In this document: in pieces, positions 57,134-64,000 of the stretch
Layout: every line of letters begins with the position of its first letter
Numbering within the stretch: the stretch's first letter is position 1
Source: a virus
Strand: one strand, 5' to 3'
Virus record (IMG/VR): IMGVR_UViG_3300037454_000906
Coordinates: 96,001-160,000 of that record
DNA: 64,000 nt
Notes under the pieces: generated by a model
Seen by the model: only the letters and a program-made list of their open reading frames with translations
Database searches by the model: none
What the model was told of the DNA's origin: nothing
Program-made: the position numbers and the translations under genes

Positions 57134-57162
57134 TTGCCATACGGTGCTCCCTTTGCTACATT
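57134..57162 (+). promoter_or_regulatory. early promoter
   Basis: TTGCCA-N17-TACATT. Confidence 0.75.
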
Positions 57163-57208
57163 TCGCGCATAAGAATATTCATTTACCGACCGGTTCAGGA
57201 TACATCAC

Positions 57209-57343
57209 ATGAGCATTTTGGACGATTTCAAATCCATAGAGGAACGCCACAAGACCGATATTGAAAAATGTGAGCGCACTCTGCAGCTGGCAAGAGAAGC
57301 CATCATGGAATACGACAGCATCATGGAACAGGAGCAAAAATAG
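57209..57343 (+). CDS. 44-aa coiled-coil protein
   Basis: MSILDDFKSIEERHK...; own promoter. Confidence 0.55.
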   Translation: MSILDDFKSIEERHKTDIEKCERTLQLAREAIMEYDSIMEQEQK

Positions 57344-57344
57344 A

Positions 57345-57992
57345 CTACCGGATCATCTTCCAGTTGGAAAAGAACATCTTCCTGCCGGTGTATTCGAGCC
57401 ATGCTCCGAACAGGAACTCGGTGAAGTAACCGCATGCCCTGTCGGGGATCACCCGCCCGTGCCGGCTCTCGCAATCCATGAACGACAAGACCGCAGGGAA
57501 GATATATGAACAGTACGCATCAACGAGGTTCTTGCGGGCAATGAACATGTTGCCGAGACAGTGATAGTCGCCATCCAGGTGGTCGATGCATTTCCGGTAG
57601 AACCTGTCGCCGCAGGTCGCGTGTATCCATGCGAGGAACTTGATCATGTCCAGGTATTTACCGTTGCGTATCAGCCATGTCTTCGGGGGCCTCGCTCGAG
57701 AGTAGTTCGCCCTGGGCACGATTATGTCGTAGTCGGTCAGTATGGAGTGAATGTCCCCTTTCGACAACAGACTGCCGTCCGGGTCGGCGAAGTGCCTCCG
57801 GTAATGCTCCAGGCCGAGGATGTCCTCCGGTTCATTTTTCCACATGTAATATAGGCCAGTCATCTCACACAGCCACCGGTTGAGTTGGTCGATGTTGTCC
57901 CCGGGGTGTGGGGAATCGATGAGGAATTTCTTCCGGATCCCGTCTAGCTGAAAAAACCGATTCCTTGAACTGCCGACTACATAAATCTTCAT
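57345..57992 (-). CDS. DUF4422 (GT111-like) glycosyltransferase
   Basis: N..LCEMTGLYY.WKN, GLEHYRR.F, GNMFI, ER/DR...FTE. Confidence 0.8.
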   Translation of the reverse strand: MKIYVVGSSRNRFFQLDGIRKKFLIDSPHPGDNIDQLNRWLCEMTGLYYMWKNEPEDILGLEHYRRHFADPDGSLLSKGDIHSILTDYDIIVPRANYSRARPPKTWLIRNGKYLDMIKFLAWIHATCGDRFYRKCIDHLDGDYHCLGNMFIARKNLVDAYCSYIFPAVLSFMDCESRHGRVIPDRACGYFTEFLFGAWLEYTGRKMFFSNWKMIR

Positions 57993-58050
57993 GTTACCGC
58001 CGCGATTACCTGTCGTTTCGAGTTTATACGCGATTGCCCGGTGCATCCTG

Positions 58051-58079
58051 TTGCCACCCGTCCCGCATTTTGCTACATA
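58051..58079 (+). promoter_or_regulatory. early promoter, leaderless
   Basis: TTGCCA-N17-TACATA-N6-ATG. Confidence 0.75.
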
Positions 58080-58085
58080 TCCACC

Positions 58086-58541
58086 ATGAAAACTACTATC
58101 GTATTGTCCTCCGACGTTCCAAACGAGAAACCCCGCGTCCTGCGTATCGCGGTCGAAGTTGTGTCCCCGGACGGGAAACCACCTTGCCCGGGCAAGCCCG
58201 ACGCAAGCATAACATGTGTCGCCGTGAACTGCTCGTCGGAGGAACGGACCGTCGTTTACGGCCACGTCGAGTATAATGGCGACCCGTTCTCCGGTACATA
58301 CGTGAAGTGCGAATCTGAGACAGATGTCATAGCCAAGGCGCTCGGGTACATTGATGCCACCAAGTGCAACTGGATCCACGCGGACACCACCGACCTGAAA
58401 TACTTGTATGCCAGGGCCGCCAAGCTCCGGGTACGGTCATGTTTCCCGTACATCGAGAAACTGTTCCGTCAGTATGACCGGTATCCGTCAACGCGGACGA
58501 GGGCCGTCGGCCAGATGGATGGCGTCTCATTGAACCGATAG
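58086..58541 (+). CDS. stand-alone degenerate PolB 3'-5' exonuclease-like domain
   Basis: VLRIAVEV (cf. LSFDIE), P.P..D.I.C, ESE, DLKYLYARA. Confidence 0.5.
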   Translation: MKTTIVLSSDVPNEKPRVLRIAVEVVSPDGKPPCPGKPDASITCVAVNCSSEERTVVYGHVEYNGDPFSGTYVKCESETDVIAKALGYIDATKCNWIHADTTDLKYLYARAAKLRVRSCFPYIEKLFRQYDRYPSTRTRAVGQMDGVSLNR

Positions 58542-58547
58542 TCGAGC

Positions 58548-58883
58548 ATGATGTCCAATATGGAGAAACTGAAATACTGCATCTACGGCCTCATCACGGG
58601 CGTGATGGTAAACCGGCTAGTCAGACGGGTTCTGTCGCTGCATGTCACCGATCCGTTCGACCGTTTCATCGAATACAACAACCTAGTATACGAAAGTCCA
58701 AGCGGGGATGCCGGTGACATCGACCCCTGCCGGAGATTGTACAACATGCCGGCTCATAGGGAGACGACCGTGCGGGTCATGCTGAGACACGGATACCTTT
58801 ACATGAAAGGACCCGGAGGGAAACCGACTACACGTCTCGCGGAGTCCGATTTCCACAACGGCAGTGTAAAAATTGTCAACTGA
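58548..58883 (+). CDS. hypothetical protein
   Basis: ORF. Confidence 0.55.
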   Translation: MMSNMEKLKYCIYGLITGVMVNRLVRRVLSLHVTDPFDRFIEYNNLVYESPSGDAGDIDPCRRLYNMPAHRETTVRVMLRHGYLYMKGPGGKPTTRLAESDFHNGSVKIVN

Positions 58884-58920
58884 CCGCCTCGACGGCACCA
58901 AAAATTGCTATATTAATGCC

Positions 58921-59103
58921 ATGGAACCAACTGAACAGACCAGGAAGGAACAACGGGCGGCCATGAAGCGCCTGCGCGATGCACTTGTGGAGATGAACGT
59001 ACTCAGCATGCTTCAGCGCTTCAGTGTACCCGAAGAACTCATCACCAAGCTGGAATCGGTCGAGCGGGAATGCCGCGCGGCCATAGCCGGCCATGTAAAA
59101 TAA
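58921..59103 (+). CDS. small helical protein
   Basis: Leaderless TATATT-N6-ATG. Confidence 0.6.
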   Translation: MEPTEQTRKEQRAAMKRLRDALVEMNVLSMLQRFSVPEELITKLESVERECRAAIAGHVK

Positions 59104-59123
59104 CCTTTACACAAGGAGACATC

Positions 59124-59726
59124 ATGGACAAGAACGACATCGAAATCCTAGCAGTAATCGACATGCAGCCAGACTTTATCGACGGGGTGCTCCCCAACCT
59201 GGCTGCCCAGAAGATCATCCCCGCGATAATCCGCGAAATCAACGCTTGGGACGGCGCCATCATCGCCACCAGGGACACCCACCTCGTGGAAGACTACAAG
59301 AACTCCATCGAGGGCCAGAGGCTCCCGATCCATTGCATCAAGGGCACCGAGGGCTGGGAGGTCCAGAAGGACATCAAGGCTGCCCTGGACAAGAAGGGCG
59401 CCACCTACGTGGACAAGCACAACTTCGGCTTCATCAACTGGCCGAAGGTCCTCTTCAATATCGACTCCACGGACCAAGATGCCGTTGCCGCGCTCACCGC
59501 CGGCAAGAAGATCCGCATCAGGATCGTCGGCACCTGCACCGACATTTGCAACATGGCCTTCCTCGTTATCTGCCGAACGTGGTTCCCGAACGCCATCATC
59601 GAACTGGTGGCTGATGCCAGTGCCGCATCCGGCCTCACCGAGGAGGACGTGGCGAAGAACCAGGAAGCCGCGCTCCGCATCGCCAGAAGCATGCTCTGCG
59701 ACGTAGTGCAATCCGTGGCCGCCTAG
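59124..59726 (+). CDS. pncA: cysteine hydrolase, nicotinamidase-like
   Basis: IDMQPDF, TRDTH, P.HC..GT.GW, DK, GTCTDIC (D-K-C triad plus metal ligands). Confidence 0.8.
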   Translation: MDKNDIEILAVIDMQPDFIDGVLPNLAAQKIIPAIIREINAWDGAIIATRDTHLVEDYKNSIEGQRLPIHCIKGTEGWEVQKDIKAALDKKGATYVDKHNFGFINWPKVLFNIDSTDQDAVAALTAGKKIRIRIVGTCTDICNMAFLVICRTWFPNAIIELVADASAASGLTEEDVAKNQEAALRIARSMLCDVVQSVAA

Positions 59727-59789
59727 TAATCCCTGGCGAATTCATGAAAATGCAGTCTGAACACAAACCCACTGAGAAGGAGGACCAGA

Positions 59790-60254
59790 ATGTTCGGTAA
59801 GACACCCGAAGACGAGGTGGCCGATCTCGACCGCCAGATCAAGGACCTCGAAGCCAAGAGGCAAGGTATAATCGACTCGGTAAAGGGCCGAAAGCTCAAC
59901 AAGATGCTTGAACCCCGTATGGGCAAGTGGGTCATCATTCACGGATGGGGACACCATGACGAGGCGAATGGAGAACTTTCTGATACCGGTCATTACCGAA
60001 TTTTCAAACTGGTCGCGGTCAACGGCTGGGAAGGCAACAGGAGCTTCCGTGTTGTCGCGCAGCATATTCTCATGGTTTCCCCCACTTGCGAGATTATCGG
60101 GGCGTATGTTGTTGATCCAAACATGCTCATCAGCAACATCGATCACTGCACAATCATCGAGCCCGAAGATGCCAAGCGCATCTACGACAAGGTCACCGCC
60201 AAGCAGGGGCGCGCGATGAAAAAGATCATGGATGCACTGGAAAAGGACATATGA
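59790..60254 (+). CDS. hypothetical protein (coiled coil plus MGKW beta domain)
   Basis: GGAGG RBS. Confidence 0.7.
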   Translation: MFGKTPEDEVADLDRQIKDLEAKRQGIIDSVKGRKLNKMLEPRMGKWVIIHGWGHHDEANGELSDTGHYRIFKLVAVNGWEGNRSFRVVAQHILMVSPTCEIIGAYVVDPNMLISNIDHCTIIEPEDAKRIYDKVTAKQGRAMKKIMDALEKDI

Positions 60255-60269
60255 AAAGGCACGATTACA

Positions 60270-60668
60270 TTAGGATGAAGAAGCTGAGTGGCCGCGCACT
60301 TCAGTGCGCGGCCACTCAGCTTCGTCTCTATCGGGATGTCCGTCGTACTGATCATCAAAGGTACGTCCAGGTAGTCGTGCTCCACGTCCAGTATCTTTCC
60401 AGGCGTCCATTCCCTTGCGAGGCATTCCATCAGTTGTATGTTCGTCACCATACAAAAGTTCTTTCAATATGTCTGGTTTAACGGAAACTACATCAGTGAT
60501 GGATTCAATCCCGTGTGCAGCAATCATTCGTCTAGCCACATCCGAGTCGTGGATTATTTTTGCTTTCAAATCATTTAGATGATCCGCACACACTAAGTGC
60601 TCTATTCCACTATATGTAAACCCTCTAATGATTCGTACCGATTTAGAATCACAATAGCAGCAATGCAT
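60270..60668 (-). CDS. hypothetical protein with N-terminal CxxC; 3' frame uncertain
   Basis: MHCCYCDS...VCADH. Confidence 0.5.
   Translation of the reverse strand: MHCCYCDSKSVRIIRGFTYSGIEHLVCADHLNDLKAKIIHDSDVARRMIAAHGIESITDVVSVKPDILKELLYGDEHTTDGMPRKGMDAWKDTGRGARLPGRTFDDQYDGHPDRDEAEWPRTEVRGHSASSS
60280..60323. repeat. perfect 21-bp inverted repeat with a 2-nt spacer
   Basis: GAAGCTGAGTGGCCGCGCACT-TC-AGTGCGCGGCCACTCAGCTTC. Confidence 0.95.
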
Positions 60669-60724
60669 GACTACTCTCCTACATATATCTCTGTATCACA
60701 ATATAGTTTATGACATCTCACAAG

Positions 60725-61366
60725 TCAACCGTTTGTGTCACCCACACTTTGAGGGACAGAGCCTAACTTATTTACACACTTCTCTATTGTATGAATTATT
60801 CCGCAGGTTTCAACAACATCATTATCCTTAATTAGCCTTACTCGGTAACACCTTGAACTAGAGTCACGACCAATCCATATATCGTCTTTATCGGTAATAG
60901 TTACAAAATGATGGGCTCTTGACATTGTTGTTTCAGTGTCTTTTGCCAAATCACTACACCAGTAGCGTGCCCAGTCTTTAGATATAAATCCTGTATCAAC
61001 TTGAATACCACTAATGGTATATGCCGAATGGCCAAATTCATATCCGGCACCGGGAATAAACCCAAACTTTTTCTTAAAGGATTCGATCCCAGTGTACGAG
61101 AAATTCCAAATTTGTTCACACGGTTCATACTTACACTTACACAGTTCGATGGCTTTCATAAATTCTTCGTGTGATGGAATGTGATAGCCCTTTATCTGAG
61201 ACGCTACCCTCATCGCGGCATCCCATTCATAATAGTATATTCCGTCAATAACTTTAATGCCGCCTAGACCGTCATCAATAGACAAATCTTTCTTTTGCCA
61301 TTGCTGATAGCCAATTTTAATTTTTGAGAACATAGCTATTCTATCTCCTTTATTCAACCGCCGCAT
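60725..61366 (-). CDS. FISUMP (Fib_succ_major)-like domain protein
   Basis: YYY.WDAAM, GYHIPS.EEF, GF..GAG, YW.S, RVRLIKD. Confidence 0.75.
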   Translation of the reverse strand: MRRLNKGDRIAMFSKIKIGYQQWQKKDLSIDDGLGGIKVIDGIYYYEWDAAMRVASQIKGYHIPSHEEFMKAIELCKCKYEPCEQIWNFSYTGIESFKKKFGFIPGAGYEFGHSAYTISGIQVDTGFISKDWARYWCSDLAKDTETTMSRAHHFVTITDKDDIWIGRDSSSRCYRVRLIKDNDVVETCGIIHTIEKCVNKLGSVPQSVGDTNG

Positions 61367-61733
61367 GGTCGAACTTCTGTAAACAAAGGTTTACATTCTC
61401 GCATACCCATTGACCCCGGCAATAACCTATGATAGTGACATCGTGCTTATATCCATCAGAATCATCCCACGCCTTTCCTGCTACCGGTTTACCATTCCAG
61501 TCTTCAAAGAATAGTTCTCCAGGCATCTTAACTGCCACTATATCATACTTGTCGCCACGTTGAAATCTATGAATCAACTTCAGATTGTCATCATATTCTT
61601 CTTCATCTACAAATGAACCATCCCAGGTTTTACCAGGCTGTCTAAATTTGGCACTTTTTCCTTTAACGGTATATACATTGCCACTATTGTCAATGAGCTG
61701 ATATCCGTCTTTCCAGTAAGTTTTCTTATCCAT
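61350..61733 (-). CDS. hypothetical protein
   Basis: ORF. Confidence 0.65.
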   Translation of the reverse strand: MDKKTYWKDGYQLIDNSGNVYTVKGKSAKFRQPGKTWDGSFVDEEEYDDNLKLIHRFQRGDKYDIVAVKMPGELFFEDWNGKPVAGKAWDDSDGYKHDVTIIGYCRGQWVCENVNLCLQKFDHAAVE

Positions 61734-61738
61734 TTTAG

Positions 61739-62386
61739 TTATCCTCGAGTAATGGGTTCAACGCCCGTCACATCCCGCCCATACATTTCTAAAGCGAGCC
61801 GTGCCGCCCAGTATGCGGTATGCCACTCCATACAGGTATTGCATGGCTTAGGGCCGCACTTTTCATGGGTATCGTTGCGGATACCATCACACTTGAAACA
61901 CCTGCATCTTTCATTTGCCGCTTGTTGAGCATACTTGTCGCGTGTCTTTTCGTCGATCATCCCCACTGCCGGTTCTGATGGAATGTTGACGGCTTTCCAA
62001 TACTTGATTTCAGCCCCGTTGCAGCAATGGAAATTTCCTACTGGGAGATCGTAGCAGAGAGCATCGCCTTCTTTGTTTTCAGTCCATGTGAGGGACTTGG
62101 CTGGGTGCATCTTGGCGACGATGACTGCAGGTCTGAGTTTTTCGGGGTCCATCCTGTCTTCTAGCAGGGCGAAGATTTCCTCGTTGAGTGGGATTTTCGT
62201 GTTGGATGCATCGTTCCAGTCGTTGAATTTCTTCATTGTGTTTAATGCATCCTTGCCCCTTTCGGCAAGAACCGCAGCGACTTCGGACAGGAACTTGTCC
62301 ATCTCTTCTTTCTCGTATCCGGCAACAAACCCATCACTGTTGTTGTGTCGGAATTGCAGTGCGGCAGGTTTCTTCAGTTCGCTCAT
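61739..62386 (-). CDS. hypothetical protein with Cys-rich C-terminus
   Basis: ATGA-coupled start MSELKK. Confidence 0.65.
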   Translation of the reverse strand: MSELKKPAALQFRHNNSDGFVAGYEKEEMDKFLSEVAAVLAERGKDALNTMKKFNDWNDASNTKIPLNEEIFALLEDRMDPEKLRPAVIVAKMHPAKSLTWTENKEGDALCYDLPVGNFHCCNGAEIKYWKAVNIPSEPAVGMIDEKTRDKYAQQAANERCRCFKCDGIRNDTHEKCGPKPCNTCMEWHTAYWAARLALEMYGRDVTGVEPITRG

Positions 62387-63024
62387 TGTCTTTTTCCTTT
62401 TATAGTTGCTACATTTATGTCCGGCCACGGAATCCACATCAACGCTTTCCACTGGTCCATGTCGAACTTATGGCCGTGCACGTCGGTGAAGCCGGTTCCG
62501 TCGAAGTTTATTCTCAGTGGTGACGGGCATGCGTCAAAGATAAACACGTAGTCACCTGGGCTGGCCACCTTCTTCCATTCGTCCAGACCGGGGAAAGCAT
62601 TCCATGTAGGACGGATGTTCAGCTTGATTTCTAGTGCCACCTTTTCCGCGTACAGCTCGTTCTCACGTTCAAGTGCCTCGTCCAGTTTCCTCTCCCAGAT
62701 TGCTAACCGCTTTTCCGCAGATAACTGATTCTCCTGGTCATATTTGTCCAGTTCGGTCGCCATCGGACCCCACGGATTGCTGTCCGCTGTGTAACCTACG
62801 AGAATTCTGTCACGGTCATCACCGGGGAAGGTGATGAGGAACCCCTCCGTATCGCCGGATTTGTGTTCCTCCAACGAGAACGCGGTTGTTCCGAGCCACG
62901 TATCCGTGACATCGATTACCTTGTCCCCGTCCCTTTCCACCACAGACGACGCATAGCGGTCCTCGTAGCCTTCCTCGATAAGGAAGTCGAACGTCTTCTT
63001 GATTTCTTCCATTGTACACGTCAT
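62383..63024 (-). CDS. hypothetical protein
   Basis: Leaderless start MTCTM. Confidence 0.7.
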   Translation of the reverse strand: MTCTMEEIKKTFDFLIEEGYEDRYASSVVERDGDKVIDVTDTWLGTTAFSLEEHKSGDTEGFLITFPGDDRDRILVGYTADSNPWGPMATELDKYDQENQLSAEKRLAIWERKLDEALERENELYAEKVALEIKLNIRPTWNAFPGLDEWKKVASPGDYVFIFDACPSPLRINFDGTGFTDVHGHKFDMDQWKALMWIPWPDINVATIKGKRQ

Positions 63025-63031
63025 AGTAATA

Positions 63032-63082
63032 AATATAGCATTGTTTCCTTCTGTTGGCAACCGGGAACATTTTTGCTACATT
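63032..63082. promoter_or_regulatory. divergent promoters with overlapping -35 boxes
   Basis: Minus TTGCCA-N17-TATATT-N7-ATG; plus TTGGCA-N17-TACATT. Confidence 0.8.
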
Positions 63083-63108
63083 TGTAACATCCAGCACAAG
63101 GAGTAAAC

Positions 63109-63792
63109 ATGAGCAACATAGTAATACCCAAGGAACTGCCGGAACTAATCGACGGCATCCACTATTGGAGAAGCAAGCGCCGGGACATCAGAAATCGGTG
63201 CATAGATTCGGAACGTCATCATATTCTCGATAAACTCCGCAGCCTAAGTACGCCAAGTGAACTGGAAAAGCGCCTTATTGAACAACTTGCAGCCGAAGAG
63301 CAAAAATTCATGCTTAACGGTCCAGAAACCGACAAGGAATACCGGGAAAAGGAAATTTCCCTGTACGAGAAAGTGCGTCTGGTATGCAAGGACATGCTCC
63401 TGGGTAAATACATCAAGCACATTACCGCATGGTACACCATATACATGCGGGTGGATAAGGTATCCATGACAAGCGGAAACACCGTGTACATTTCCGGCAA
63501 AAGCATCAGCTTTTACCGGGAACACGACACTTTCCAGTGGGCATGCGAGCAGCAATATGACCTACTCGACATCGGGAAAGTCATGTACGGGCACTCCACG
63601 CCTACCATGGAATCCATCGCAGATGAATTGAAACTGTATGATATCATGAGCCGTGAAGAAGTAATCAACATTATGAAAAAATACAAGGACAAGCTGGTAA
63701 AGGAATGCGACCACGTCATCGACTATGCCGAAAAGATGGAAGATGACCCCTTTCCGGCAGATGAACCTGTAGATACAAGCAAATTGGAGTAA
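63109..63792 (+). CDS. hypothetical protein (coiled coil plus LLGK family)
   Basis: AAGGAG RBS. Confidence 0.7.
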   Translation: MSNIVIPKELPELIDGIHYWRSKRRDIRNRCIDSERHHILDKLRSLSTPSELEKRLIEQLAAEEQKFMLNGPETDKEYREKEISLYEKVRLVCKDMLLGKYIKHITAWYTIYMRVDKVSMTSGNTVYISGKSISFYREHDTFQWACEQQYDLLDIGKVMYGHSTPTMESIADELKLYDIMSREEVINIMKKYKDKLVKECDHVIDYAEKMEDDPFPADEPVDTSKLE

Positions 63793-63803
63793 AGGAGTAA
63801 CCC

Positions 63804-64000
63804 ATGGGAAAAAGCAAGTATTGGAACTGGTGTGGAAACGACCCGATGCCTGAGGTGGCAGAACGGTACTACGACCTTCTCGAAGAGGTGAACAACTCGT
63901 TTCCCGACGAGATGTGGGATGCCGACAAGGTACCGGGCGTGGAATCCGGACGGTACGAGGGATACGTGTCCGTCTACCATATATGCCATGACGGTCCGGA
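63804..64000 (+). CDS. hypothetical protein (runs off window end)
   Basis: AAGGAG RBS, open to the end. Confidence 0.6.
   Translation, partial: MGKSKYWNWCGNDPMPEVAERYYDLLEEVNNSFPDEMWDADKVPGVESGRYEGYVSVYHICHDGP

Noticed and set aside
60725-61366. Diversity-generating retroelement target
   Set aside because: No reverse transcriptase and no template/variable repeat pair were seen in the window.
1-64000. Stop-codon reassignment
   Set aside because: Well-recognised genes are uninterrupted in code 11, and TAA, TAG and TGA all end credible genes. The TGA at 28009, followed by a short open tail, is an isolated case.

Overview
The window is a densely packed early/accessory region of a large dsDNA phage, probably a T4-like or jumbo myovirus. 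The evidence is mostly short hypothetical ORFs in alternating strand blocks, a gp17-like terminase paralogue, and no ribosomal, structural or chromosomal housekeeping operons. A FISUMP-type domain gene weakly hints at a Fibrobacter-like host. Recognisable genes are lemA and its membrane partner, coaD-coaE, a SAM methyltransferase, a frameshifted QueC-like gene, an Icc/CpdA-like phosphoesterase, an internally deleted Dam, a SemiSWEET, a histidine phosphatase, a SLOG protein, yqeY, a DUF1848-like protein, kptA, glf, a DUF4422 glycosyltransferase, a radical SAM protein, an FrhB-C/pyruvyltransferase fusion with a neighbouring GT, and a nicotinamidase. There are three TnpB elements: two tnpA-less IS200/IS605-type and one IS607. 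The main highlights are: (1) a four-gene IS607 carrying a 690-aa GIY-YIG/NUMOD1 endonuclease between tnpA and tnpB, inserted at TCGGAC in a gene that excision would restore in frame; (2) a cassette-like array of small genes separated by a conserved ~35-bp repeat; (3) catalytically degenerate paralogues of core phage enzymes (terminase ATPase, PolB exonuclease, Dam); (4) a recurrent TTGCCA-N17-TA(T/C)AT(T/A) promoter family that appears to produce at least 15 leaderless mRNAs; and (5) a promoter-driven cluster of degenerate tRNAs. All family assignments come from motif recognition by eye, and no database search was run.
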